Shown here piece by piece: positions 21,366-30,740 of a stretch of 64,000 nucleotides of DNA (position 1 is the stretch's first letter; the number at the start of each line of letters is the position of its first letter). Location: positions 161,291-225,290 of IMG/VR virus record IMGVR_UViG_3300021431_002946; one strand, written 5' to 3'. This DNA is from a virus (lineage: Duplodnaviria > Heunggongvirae > Uroviricota > Caudoviricetes). Below the pieces are notes generated by a model, which did no database searches, was not told the origin of the DNA, and was given only the letters and a program-made list of their open reading frames with translations. Both the position numbers and the translations under genes were made by a program.

Positions 21366-21845
21366 ATGTCAAAAATAATTACTTATGAAGAAGCATGTAA
21401 AATTCCTAGATTATTTGATAGTAATAAAAAATTTACTGAAATAAATTTATATAAAGAAGCTTCAGAGAATGGCGCGTGTTTCTTATTACAAGATACTAAT
21501 TTAAATCCTCCAGATATTGAAATTATTTATAAAATGGAAAATTTAGGTGAGAATATTATTGGATTATATATTTCTGTATATGATAATAATCATGTAATTA
21601 TTTATGATGCAATGACATATCAAGATGAAATTTATGCAGGTAAAAAAATTACTGAAATTCAAAAAGAAAATTTATCATTAAATACAGTAATAAGTGTTGC
21701 AAAAGAAGCAATGAATATTTGTCCAATTTGTGGTAAAGAAACACCTTATATTGAACAATCATTATTTTCTTTTGCTGGTAGATGTTGTAAAGATTGTTTA
21801 CCTGAAATGAAAAGAAAATATGAACAACCTGGTTGGTATAATTAA
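21366..21845 (+). CDS. protein with C-terminal zinc finger
   Basis: CPICGK...RCCKDC. Confidence 0.6.
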   Translation: MSKIITYEEACKIPRLFDSNKKFTEINLYKEASENGACFLLQDTNLNPPDIEIIYKMENLGENIIGLYISVYDNNHVIIYDAMTYQDEIYAGKKITEIQKENLSLNTVISVAKEAMNICPICGKETPYIEQSLFSFAGRCCKDCLPEMKRKYEQPGWYN

Positions 21846-21854
21846 GGAGTAAAT

Positions 21855-22352
21855 ATGAAAGTAGCTGGTTTAACTGTAAAAAAGATAACTATAGATGAAA
21901 TAGATGATTATATTAAAGGTCATCCAAATGAAAAAACACTTGAACCATTTTTTGCAGAAGCTTTTGCTTTTGGTGCAGATGTTTATACTTATTCATCTAT
22001 AAGTTTTTATATTGTTGCTCGATTGCCTGAAATGACTTATACAGAAAATAATATAACGAAACAATTATATTTTTATATGAGTGTAGAATTTGATTTTAAT
22101 ACTGTATTTGTATCTGTAGCGACTGAAGAAAATGGTGATATTATTGAAGGTGGAACAATAGATAGATTTGATATAACTGAAGGATTTAAAACTATTTTAT
22201 ATAAAGCAGCACATCAAGCTAATTTTTGTTCATATTGTAAAAAAGAAGTTGGTTATCAAAACATAATAGATGTTGGATATAGACGTGTATGTAAAGATTG
22301 TGAAGATACAGCTATGGATGATATTATGAATGAAAAATTTCCAGGACTATAA
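21855..22352 (+). CDS. protein with C-terminal zinc finger, related to 21366
   Basis: CSYCKK...RVCKDC. Confidence 0.6.
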   Translation: MKVAGLTVKKITIDEIDDYIKGHPNEKTLEPFFAEAFAFGADVYTYSSISFYIVARLPEMTYTENNITKQLYFYMSVEFDFNTVFVSVATEENGDIIEGGTIDRFDITEGFKTILYKAAHQANFCSYCKKEVGYQNIIDVGYRRVCKDCEDTAMDDIMNEKFPGL

Positions 22353-22370
22353 TAAAAAGGAGAAATAATT

Positions 22371-22640
22371 ATGGAAAAACAAACGCTTATGGCATTTTCA
22401 GAATATGTATATGGCACAATTATAATACAAGGAACTAATAATCCAGATACAAAAATATTCTGTGGAGATAATAATACAAAAATGACAGTTACTTCTGGAG
22501 ATACTCTTGTTTATGTTGATGAAACAAAAGGAATTATATATGAATCAGTAGCTGCATTTGATTGGGATTGGAATGGTTCTAGAGAAGATATACCAGATAA
22601 AATTAAGATGCCTGAACCTATGTTTATAGGTAAGAAGTAA
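22371..22640 (+). CDS. hypothetical protein
   Basis: ORF with SD. Confidence 0.55.
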   Translation: MEKQTLMAFSEYVYGTIIIQGTNNPDTKIFCGDNNTKMTVTSGDTLVYVDETKGIIYESVAAFDWDWNGSREDIPDKIKMPEPMFIGKK

Positions 22641-22658
22641 TAAGGAAAGTTAATAGAT

Positions 22659-23414
22659 ATGAAAATGATAATAGATAGTGATGATATTTATGACATATCA
22701 ATAAATGATATTAATATTGGTCGTAACTCTATTGGATGTCCTGAAGGATATAGTGATTTTGAAGTAGACGTAGACGATGTAGATCATGATGGTGATATAA
22801 CAATTGAAATATCTGGTACATGCACAAGTTTTGGTTATCATGATCCAATGCCATGCACATTTGAAGGCACTCTTACTATGGATGAAGATGATTTTACTTA
22901 TGAATATACAAAGGCGGCAGAAGATGGTGCTAAATATATTATATTTGAAGGTAATATTGAAATATCAGAGACTTCAGGACAAGGTATAGAATTAGATGAT
23001 AGTTATATTGATGACACTTTCAAAGATACTATGTATAATGTACGTCGTGAAGTTGAAGAAGAAATAGATGATGGATATTATATTGTACATGATGCTGTAT
23101 ATTATATAATAGAAGAAACTGCAGATAAAATTATTGAAGAATTAAAACGTATTGATAATATAGATATTAATAAAGATAATATGCGTAAATATGTAGACTA
23201 TGTATTAGAAAATATATTGGATGATTCAGATTATTCTGTAAAAGATAATAAATATAAGTCTATAGATACAATACTTAATACTCATGCTGCGGAAGAACTA
23301 AAAAATGGTGAACTTGCAGAAGTAATTAATGATATGTTAAATGACATAGCTGAAGATTATAAAGTAGAGCATGAAATTACTGCTAAAGTATTTTTCTCAG
23401 ATTTAGATCCTTAA
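22659..23414 (+). CDS. highly acidic hypothetical protein
   Basis: D/E-rich ORF. Confidence 0.6.
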   Translation: MKMIIDSDDIYDISINDINIGRNSIGCPEGYSDFEVDVDDVDHDGDITIEISGTCTSFGYHDPMPCTFEGTLTMDEDDFTYEYTKAAEDGAKYIIFEGNIEISETSGQGIELDDSYIDDTFKDTMYNVRREVEEEIDDGYYIVHDAVYYIIEETADKIIEELKRIDNIDINKDNMRKYVDYVLENILDDSDYSVKDNKYKSIDTILNTHAAEELKNGELAEVINDMLNDIAEDYKVEHEITAKVFFSDLDP

Positions 23415-23456
23415 TTTAGAAAAATTTTTAGAATTATATTAAAAAGGAGAATAATT

Positions 23457-23915
23457 ATGACTATTTTAGAATTTGCAAAATTACCTTATATAGAAGGTTT
23501 TGATTTAGATATGTATACTTTAACTTTTAGAGATTATAAAAATAATTTAATTGAATATTGTGAAAGCAGATGGCTAAGAGAAATAGAAAATAAATTTGAT
23601 AATAATTGGAATTCTAATGAATGTACAGTTTTTGGTAAAACTTATCAAGAATATCTTTATAATTGGGCAGATTTAAGAGAAGATAATGAATTTATAATTG
23701 AATTAAATAAAAAATTTGGTAAATTTTTAGATGAAGATATTTCTATAAAAGGTGAAACTCTCACTATTAAACATTTCGACCAATATTTAACAAGACATGA
23801 TTTAAGAATGAGATTAGAATTAATTAAAATAAATATAGAGCATAAAGTAATTTTATGCGGAATAGAGAGAGCGATAAATGAAGACATAATACCTGAAATT
23901 TATTATGTAAGATAA
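23457..23915 (+). CDS. hypothetical protein
   Basis: ORF with SD. Confidence 0.6.
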   Translation: MTILEFAKLPYIEGFDLDMYTLTFRDYKNNLIEYCESRWLREIENKFDNNWNSNECTVFGKTYQEYLYNWADLREDNEFIIELNKKFGKFLDEDISIKGETLTIKHFDQYLTRHDLRMRLELIKINIEHKVILCGIERAINEDIIPEIYYVR

Positions 23916-23980
23916 AAGGTTATTTATTTTAATAGTATGTAAATAAAATAATGACTTAGCAAATAGCTAGGTCATTTTTT
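23914..23980 (+). promoter_or_regulatory. motif-plus-hairpin cassette C
   Basis: aaaaggttatttattttaatag then aatgacttagc/gctaggtcattttt. Confidence 0.6.
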
Positions 23981-24008
23981 ATAATATTAAAATATGAGGT
24001 AAAATAAA

Positions 24009-24356
24009 ATGAATACAGATTTATTAAATTTACTTAATGAAAAATGTAATCAAACAAAAGAATATACAAAACAAACAGGAAGAGCAAATATTGAATTAGA
24101 AGATAGTATGCTTGATGATTTTATTAAATTATTTAAACTTGAATTTTCTGTAGATGTAGAAGAAGGTAGTTATAGAGGGCATGGTTGGTATTATTGTAAT
24201 TTTAGTTTAAATAATGTAAATGGTGAATTTTGTTATCATCCATTAAATAATCTAGCTGATATATATTGGAAAGGTAAATATATATCAGGTGGTACAGAAG
24301 GCATAAATATTGAAAAATTATTTAATAAATTTCATAATATTTTAGATAAATCTTAA
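24009..24356 (+). CDS. hypothetical protein
   Basis: ORF with GAGG. Confidence 0.55.
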   Translation: MNTDLLNLLNEKCNQTKEYTKQTGRANIELEDSMLDDFIKLFKLEFSVDVEEGSYRGHGWYYCNFSLNNVNGEFCYHPLNNLADIYWKGKYISGGTEGINIEKLFNKFHNILDKS

Positions 24357-24441
24357 TAATTTATAATATTATATATAGGGAATTCATAGGGATTAACGTG
24401 GTAACTCTGGTATATAAAATATTTATGAAAGGAAATATAGC

Positions 24442-25170
24442 ATGGATTTAAAAGAGTATTGCGCATTAAATAATGTTAATTATGATAAATTTGTTGAAAT
24501 ATTAAAAAATTATACAATAGATGCAGAAGAAGAAAATACTAGAATTTATATAAATGAAAATCATATTGGTATAATTTTTAACTCAAAATATACTAATGAA
24601 AATGGAATATTTTTATCATTTGTTACATTAAATATACAAATAGAAAAAGATCATGGAACTTGGGCAGAAGATAAAAGAAATATTTCAGCGTCATTAAAAT
24701 TTTATTTAGATAAATTATTAGATTTTATTAATGAAAGAAAAAATGTACAAGATGAAAATGGTAAATTATGTTATTCTAATAAATTATTAAATAAAGTAAT
24801 TAACTGTATAAATGAATTATTTACTGTACTAGACACTGATACTACGGAGCTTGAATTAAAAAAATGTATTAATTTTCTTACACAAATAAAAGAATTTAGC
24901 ACTTATAAAGATAATAATTGTTTATTTATTCGTAAATCAAATGCTTATTTTATGATAGAGCATGGACCAAAAATTTCAGATACATGGAAAACAATATATG
25001 ATTATACTAAATTTAATATTGTATATAAAAATGAAGATGAAGGTATAACATTTGATCGAGTTGTAGATAATTTAAGAGATCTTAAAAAGGCACTTAATAA
25101 AGTAGTAATACTTATGGAAGATAATAAAGATTGGCTAGAATATAGTAAATATTTATCTTCACTTTTATAA
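24442..25170 (+). CDS. hypothetical protein
   Basis: ORF with SD. Confidence 0.6.
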   Translation: MDLKEYCALNNVNYDKFVEILKNYTIDAEEENTRIYINENHIGIIFNSKYTNENGIFLSFVTLNIQIEKDHGTWAEDKRNISASLKFYLDKLLDFINERKNVQDENGKLCYSNKLLNKVINCINELFTVLDTDTTELELKKCINFLTQIKEFSTYKDNNCLFIRKSNAYFMIEHGPKISDTWKTIYDYTKFNIVYKNEDEGITFDRVVDNLRDLKKALNKVVILMEDNKDWLEYSKYLSSLL

Positions 25171-25183
25171 AAAGGAGAATTAT

Positions 25184-25582
25184 ATGTTATCATTAAAATT
25201 TTATTTTAAAGGTAAATCAGAAGATATTAGTGACGAAGAAATATTAAAAGATGTAAAAATATTTTATAAAAATTATAAATCTAGTATAGAAAATTTTATA
25301 TTATGTAGTGCAGATTATGCTAGTTATTTTAGACATTCACTTGAAATAGCTGGTCAATCAGAAATAAATATTAACAGTCTAAAAGAAGATACAAATGGTA
25401 ATAAATATATAGAATTTGTTTTTAATACTGAACCTGATATTGACGAAGATAATGATTTAGATTTTAGTGATTTATATGATGTATTTGATATAGATAGCTT
25501 TGATGAATGTTTAAATAATTATATAGTTAAAGCAGACTTTAATAATTCATATATAGATAAAGTTGAACGTTATTTTTGTTAA
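25184..25582 (+). CDS. acidic hypothetical protein
   Basis: ORF with SD. Confidence 0.55.
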   Translation: MLSLKFYFKGKSEDISDEEILKDVKIFYKNYKSSIENFILCSADYASYFRHSLEIAGQSEININSLKEDTNGNKYIEFVFNTEPDIDEDNDLDFSDLYDVFDIDSFDECLNNYIVKADFNNSYIDKVERYFC

Positions 25583-25613
25583 AAGCTACTAATTTATAAA
25601 AAGGAGAAAAAAT

Positions 25614-25952
25614 ATGTACGCAGTGGATCGTGGTTATATTAAATATATATTTGAACAACGTGATATTGATAAGATAAATAATACATTACTTAAAACTGCA
25701 GCATTTATGTTATCTATAGACAGTTTCAATAATGGTGAGTATGTATATGCTAGATTAAAAGATTATACTGGTTTAAGAGACACAATGACTGTATATGTTT
25801 CAAAAGAATATCAAGAAAAAATAAATGAATATATAAAAGATGAATATAATTTAGATGTATCTTGGGATAAAGCAACTATGTTTTGGATTAAATTAATTTC
25901 GCCAGAAGATCCAGATTTTGAAAAACATAAGAAAATCGCAAGAAAAGAATAA
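25614..25952 (+). CDS. hypothetical protein, paralog of 13744
   Basis: shared LKD.TG.R motif. Confidence 0.6.
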   Translation: MYAVDRGYIKYIFEQRDIDKINNTLLKTAAFMLSIDSFNNGEYVYARLKDYTGLRDTMTVYVSKEYQEKINEYIKDEYNLDVSWDKATMFWIKLISPEDPDFEKHKKIARKE

Positions 25953-26023
25953 AATATAAGATTTATATAAGATAATTAAATACTATTACAAATCCCACAA
26001 ATAGCATAACGATTATAACATAA

Positions 26024-26052
26024 TTTACTTATAATAAATAATATGATACAAT
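26024..26052 (+). promoter_or_regulatory. sigmaA-type promoter of tnpB
   Basis: TTTACT-N17-TACAAT with TG extension. Confidence 0.5.
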
Positions 26053-26100
26053 TCTATTTATTATAACCTTATATACTAATACAGAAAGGAGGTGTAGGGA

Positions 26101-27417
26101 GTGCTGAAAACTTGGAAAGTTAATCTTAAGGGATTATCTGCAGAAGAATACGAATATTTGCGAGAGATGTGTCATTTAAGTAAAAATGTTTATAACGAGT
26201 CAATCTATAATATTCGTCAGCATTATTTTGCTGAAGGCTCATATCTCAGATACGAAGCTAACTTCTACCAGATGAGAACTTCAGTTAATTATATTAGATT
26301 AGGTTCGAATATTTCTCAGCAATCTATGCGAGCAGCTGACCAATCTTTCAAAAGCTTCTTTGCACTTCTGAAGAAAACAAAGCAAGGCATATACTCTAAT
26401 TGGAAAGTAAAATTACCTCATTATTTGCCTAAAGATGCTTTATATCCAATAGTATTTGTCCATGTAACTGGAAGTTACATTAAAGATGGGAAATTTCAGA
26501 TACCTGTATCAAGATCACTTAAAGAAGATTACCCTAACCTGAAAATTATGCTTAATCTTCCGGAATATCTTAAGGCTAAGAAATTACATCAGATACAGAT
26601 TATACCTAAATATAAAGGTAAGCACTTTGAAGTTAGATATATATTTAATGATGAGGATATTAAGAAATCTCAATTAGACTCTGCAAAAGCATTAGGCATT
26701 GATTTTGGAGTAGATAATTTTGCAACATGTGCAACATCTGAAGGTCAATCTTTTATAATTGATGGTAGAAAAATTAAATCAATAAATCAATGGTACAATA
26801 AGCAGTTATCCAGACTATCAAGTATTAAAGATCATCAAAAGATTAAGTCATATACTGCAAAACAATATAGGTTATCAACTAAGCGAGATAGAAGAGTTCA
26901 GAATTATATTTACTGTTCTGCAAAATACATTATTCAATATTGTATTGCCCATCAAATTAGTAATATAGTAGTTGGTTATAATGATGGATTCCAGAATTCT
27001 ACTAAACTAGGTAAAGTCAATAACCAGCAGTTTGTAATGTTGCCTTATGGTAAATTCAAGAACCGGTTAAGATATTTATGTAATATCTATGGAATTACTT
27101 ATATAGAGCAGGAAGAAAGCTACACATCAAAAGCTAACTTCTGGGGTAAAGATGATATTCCCGTCTGGAATCCGCTTAACCCGAAGCAAGGTAATTTCAC
27201 AGGTAAGAGAATTAGTCGAGGGCTTTATAGAACTGATGATGGTAGAATACTTAATGCCGATGTTAATGGAGCATTAAATATCTTAAGAAAAAGTAATGTT
27301 GTATCTCTTGCGGGATTATACAGTAGAGGCGAAGTCGATACGCCTGTAAGAATAAGGTTATCCAGATTTTCTGGAGGAGACTTAAACAACAAACTTCTTA
27401 TAAAAGAGAATATATAA
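26101..27417 (+). CDS. tnpB: RNA-guided endonuclease TnpB
   Basis: RuvC I GIDFG, II QEESYTS, III NADVNGALNI; SD GAAAGGAGG, GTG start. Confidence 0.9.
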   Translation: MLKTWKVNLKGLSAEEYEYLREMCHLSKNVYNESIYNIRQHYFAEGSYLRYEANFYQMRTSVNYIRLGSNISQQSMRAADQSFKSFFALLKKTKQGIYSNWKVKLPHYLPKDALYPIVFVHVTGSYIKDGKFQIPVSRSLKEDYPNLKIMLNLPEYLKAKKLHQIQIIPKYKGKHFEVRYIFNDEDIKKSQLDSAKALGIDFGVDNFATCATSEGQSFIIDGRKIKSINQWYNKQLSRLSSIKDHQKIKSYTAKQYRLSTKRDRRVQNYIYCSAKYIIQYCIAHQISNIVVGYNDGFQNSTKLGKVNNQQFVMLPYGKFKNRLRYLCNIYGITYIEQEESYTSKANFWGKDDIPVWNPLNPKQGNFTGKRISRGLYRTDDGRILNADVNGALNILRKSNVVSLAGLYSRGEVDTPVRIRLSRFSGGDLNNKLLIKENI

Positions 27418-27502
27418 ATTTATATAATTTTATATAGATTTATACGAAACTTAGTCGATAAATGCTATAAAACTTTTAAATTTGGATAATAGGAGAAATT
27501 AT

Positions 27503-27829
27503 ATGAAATCATTTAGACTTAAAAATGGTAAAAATGTAGAAGTTGAAAGAGAAATTAAAACTTTAAAAGTAGTTAATATTGGCAATACTGATTATTATAA
27601 AGGTAAAAATCATGATGAATTTACATTAACAGATGGAGAAAATCAATATATTTATAATGGTTCTTTAAATGCAGATATGACTGTATATGATACAAAAATT
27701 GCTCAAGAATTATGTTATGCTGAAAATAAATATGTAGTAATTAGCGCTTATTTTGTACCTATGGAATCTACTTTTGGTAATGAATATTTTTATATTTATA
27801 ATCCAAGATTATTAGAGGTAAAAGATTAA
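27503..27829 (+). CDS. hypothetical protein
   Basis: ATG after AGGAG. Confidence 0.6.
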   Translation: MKSFRLKNGKNVEVEREIKTLKVVNIGNTDYYKGKNHDEFTLTDGENQYIYNGSLNADMTVYDTKIAQELCYAENKYVVISAYFVPMESTFGNEYFYIYNPRLLEVKD

Positions 27830-27831
27830 AA

Positions 27832-28386
27832 ATGAATATTTCAAAAGAAAAAATAATACAAGTATTAGATCAATTAGTTATATGTAAAAAACAAATTGAA
27901 GATATTCAAAAGCAAACTCCATTATTTGTAATATTTAATTCTTTTGATCTTACAATTTGGGTACATGATACAAAAGAGTTAGTAGACGCTTTAGCAAAAT
28001 TTTTAGAAGTTGATTCTAATAATATTAATGACAAAGATTTAATATACCATAATGGAGCAAGATGGCATATGCATTTATCAGATGAAAATAAAGCAAATTT
28101 TTTTAATCCAAATAGAGATTTAAAATATCTAGAACAGCTTGAGGAATTATTTTTATTTACACGGAAAATAAAAACTCTTGTAGATTGTATAGATAGTATA
28201 TGGATTTCTGCATCTGGAATTACAGTTTATTTTGTATCTTATTCTAATGAAGAAAAATTGAAAATTATTGATAATATGCCTAAAGATGTAGGTGAATTTA
28301 AAACAGTAGAAGATTTTGCTGAGTTATTAAAAGTTGACTATAACTATAAAGGTTACTCATTTATATTGTGTATAGATGAAAAGTAA
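27832..28386 (+). CDS. hypothetical protein, tandem paralog of 28399
   Basis: shared QTPL, HNGA.W, FNP.RDL.YL motifs. Confidence 0.65.
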   Translation: MNISKEKIIQVLDQLVICKKQIEDIQKQTPLFVIFNSFDLTIWVHDTKELVDALAKFLEVDSNNINDKDLIYHNGARWHMHLSDENKANFFNPNRDLKYLEQLEELFLFTRKIKTLVDCIDSIWISASGITVYFVSYSNEEKLKIIDNMPKDVGEFKTVEDFAELLKVDYNYKGYSFILCIDEK

Positions 28387-28398
28387 GAAGGTACATAA

Positions 28399-28956
28399 AT
28401 GAATATAACAGTAGAAAAAGTAAATCAAGTATTTGATCAAGTTTCAATACTCCAAAAACAATACGCAGAACTTTGTATTCAAACACCATTATATATATCA
28501 TTTAGTTCGCGTAGTCTTACACTTTGGATAAATAATGATATAAAATCAATTAATGTACTTGCTAAATTTTTAAATGTTAATCCTAATAATATTGAAAATC
28601 GGATAACTATATCTCATAATGGTGCAATATGGGTTATTTATATAGCAAATGAAGATAAAGCAAGAAATTTTAATCCAGACAGAGATTTGCAATATTTAGA
28701 TAAATATGAAGAATTATTTATATTTTCACGAAAAATATTAACACTTATAGATAATTTAGTATCTATAATGGTATCTTTTACAGACGCTCATATCTTTTTT
28801 AACGCATATTCTTTAGAAGAACGAGAAAAAATTATTAGTTGTATGCCAATAAAAGATTTTAAATCAAATTCTGATGAATCACTTTCAATGTTTAAAGACG
28901 CATTATATATAAATAAAGGTAATTTATTTAAAATAAGTATAAAAGAAAAATTTTAA
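28399..28956 (+). CDS. hypothetical protein, tandem paralog of 27832
   Basis: shared QTPL, HNGA.W, FNP.RDL.YL motifs. Confidence 0.65.
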   Translation: MNITVEKVNQVFDQVSILQKQYAELCIQTPLYISFSSRSLTLWINNDIKSINVLAKFLNVNPNNIENRITISHNGAIWVIYIANEDKARNFNPDRDLQYLDKYEELFIFSRKILTLIDNLVSIMVSFTDAHIFFNAYSLEEREKIISCMPIKDFKSNSDESLSMFKDALYINKGNLFKISIKEKF

Positions 28957-28974
28957 TTATGAAAGGAAAATTAT

Positions 28975-29214
28975 ATGATAGGACAACCAAAATATGAAAG
29001 ATTTGATATTGTAAGATTTAAATTTGGACCTACAGATGAATTACAAGGTTTTGTAGAAATTGTAGATGCTTATGGTACTTTTGAACAAAGTGAAGAACCA
29101 TCTTATGATATTTTAATCGCAGAAAAAGAAGGAAGAGGTCTCTATAAACATATTAGAGAAAGTCGAATTATTGAAAAAATAGGTCGACAAGATCCAGATA
29201 AAATTAATTATTAA
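28975..29214 (+). CDS. small hypothetical protein, possibly SH3/KOW-like
   Basis: KY..FDIVRF...G.VEIVD..G...PSYDI. Confidence 0.55.
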   Translation: MIGQPKYERFDIVRFKFGPTDELQGFVEIVDAYGTFEQSEEPSYDILIAEKEGRGLYKHIRESRIIEKIGRQDPDKINY

Positions 29215-29218
29215 AAAT

Positions 29219-29248
29219 AAACAGTAGATTTTAAATCTACTGTTTTTT
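29219..29248 (+). terminator. intrinsic terminator
   Basis: aaacagtagatt/aatctactgttt plus T tract. Confidence 0.7.
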
Positions 29249-29440
29249 ATTTCAAAATAGATATTATAATCTTTTCCATTTTTTTATCTGTATTTGCTAA
29301 TGTATTTAGATTATTATTTTCGAGTTTTACAGAACAATAATTTTCATAATACTATATTTGTAAATAACTTTTTTATAAATTTATAACTAATTTTTTTTAA
29401 AGTATATTTAATAATATAAATAATATAAGGAGGAAATTGT

Positions 29441-29716
29441 ATGCCTAATTGTCCTAAATGTGGAATTCTTTTAACAGAAACACGTGTATTACTAGATGCA
29501 CAACATTACTATAATTTGCATAGAACAAAGGGAACAGATGGAATACGCTATTGTTGTCCTAAGTGCAAAGCTAAATACTGCACAGAAGACTTTATGTCTG
29601 AAGATGAAATAAATAAAGAAGTAGAGAAACTTGCTAAAGCAGAACTTGCTTTTATACATAGAGATGAATTTATTAAAATAAAACAAGAAATATTAAAAGA
29701 AAAATTTAATAGATAA
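29441..29716 (+). CDS. zinc-ribbon protein
   Basis: CPKCG...CPKCK; AGGAGG. Confidence 0.6.
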   Translation: MPNCPKCGILLTETRVLLDAQHYYNLHRTKGTDGIRYCCPKCKAKYCTEDFMSEDEINKEVEKLAKAELAFIHRDEFIKIKQEILKEKFNR

Positions 29717-29734
29717 TTTTATGGAGGAATAAAG

Positions 29735-29888
29735 ATGGATAATGATTGTAAAACCAATTTTAATTGATGTCGCTAAAAAAATTTGACAAATTTGTAAAGA
29801 ATCACCAGAACACGGTAATGCAGTTATGGATTTATTAGGAGAAGAAACCTATAATGAAATAATGCAATTACAAAGAAGAATTAAATAA
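29735..29888 (+). pseudogene. degraded small ORF
   Basis: GGAGG SD, early stop, coding-like continuation in another frame. Confidence 0.3.
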
Positions 29889-29934
29889 ATAAAACAAATC
29901 ATGAAAAAGAATTAAAGTATATTTAATTATATTA

Positions 29935-30252
29935 GTGGGTAGCCTCGGAGTCGCGATCCAAGGAGATAACAGTGCTTTCTCACTGAGCCACTTTTTATAT
30001 AAAGATAAAAAGTACTGTATATAGTGCATGGCTCTATTATAAATAGAAATATATGCCAAAGAAAGGTGGTGATGCCAAATGTCAATGAAGAGTAACAAGA
30101 AAAAAGGATTAATTTCCCACAATTCAGTTACTTTGCGTTAGATTATTAACTAAAGTAACATTATTTTTCATTGTATTTAGGCCTGGCCTAAGTACACAAG
30201 TGGATTGAACATAATAATAAAGTTAGCGTAGCTCTCATTGATATTTAGCTGA
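29935..30252 (+). ncRNA. putative structured RNA or leader containing a micro-ORF
   Basis: locally GC-richer; stems cagtg/cactg, cctcgga/tccaagg, gttactttg/taaagtaac, tgtatttaggc/gcctaagtaca. Confidence 0.4.
30079..30141 (+). CDS. 20-aa micro-ORF MSMKSNKKKGLISHN|SVTLR, IntC-like
   Basis: strong SD gaaaggtggtga; intein block G-like GLISHN followed by Ser. Confidence 0.45.
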   Translation: MSMKSNKKKGLISHNSVTLR

Positions 30253-30285
30253 ATAAAGCAAACCGAGTTTTATGCATTTAAAAAT

Positions 30286-30549
30286 ATGAACGGAGTTTGC
30301 GCAGTTGCAAATTCAGTAGCTGAGGCTGCAGAAATTTTAAGAATTTCTCGCGCCGTCATGTATGCTAGAAATAAGAAAATGCAAAAAATTGGCCTGAACG
30401 ATATAAATGATTTTCAACCTTCGGACTGGACTGGTAAGATCTGGATTACAGGTCGTGAGTTTGACAAGGATGAACAGATCAAAGTTCGAGTTAATGGCGA
30501 AGAGAAAACTATGACTGCACTTGAAGTATACGAGTATCTTCATAATTAA
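30286..30549 (+). CDS. HTH/NUMOD1-like DNA-binding protein, start uncertain
   Basis: SVAEAAEILRISRAVMY; frame open from 30253; no SD. Confidence 0.5.
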   Translation: MNGVCAVANSVAEAAEILRISRAVMYARNKKMQKIGLNDINDFQPSDWTGKIWITGREFDKDEQIKVRVNGEEKTMTALEVYEYLHN

Positions 30550-30551
30550 AA

Positions 30552-30585
30552 AAATGACTTGTCTTTATGACAGGTCATTTATTTT
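30552..30585 (+). terminator. intrinsic terminator
   Basis: aaatgacttgtc/gacaggtcattt. Confidence 0.7.
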
Positions 30586-30598
30586 AAAAGGAGAAAAT

Positions 30599-30738
30599 AT
30601 GAATATTTTAGAATATTTGGTAGATCACTTTAAAATTTGTTAGAAGAACATGTTGACGCGCTAGTTCCATTATTTGATGAAAAAAGAATAATATATTGGT
30701 CAAAAGAAGATTTTATTAAAAATATAAAGGGAGAATAG
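30599..30738 (+). pseudogene. small gene with one-base frameshift at TTTAAAA, or sequencing error
   Basis: MNILEYLVDHFK then NLLEEHVDALVP... in another frame. Confidence 0.4.
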
Positions 30739-30740
30739 TT

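Larger units (their letters stand above)
25953..27460 (+). mobile_element. non-autonomous tnpB-only IS (IS200/IS605 or IS607 group); ends approximate
   Basis: tnpB without tnpA, own promoter, agatttata repeated near both flanks. Confidence 0.55.

Noticed and set aside
29935-29991. tRNA, hammerhead or c-di-GMP riboswitch identity for the GC-rich fold
   Set aside because: No TTC T-loop or cloverleaf, no CUGAUGA/GAAA core, and no GEMM-type motifs could be recognised by eye.
30227-30241. CGT at 30227 as a bypass landing site for the 30079 micro-ORF
   Set aside because: It leads to TGA after three codons and is out of frame with the HTH ORF.
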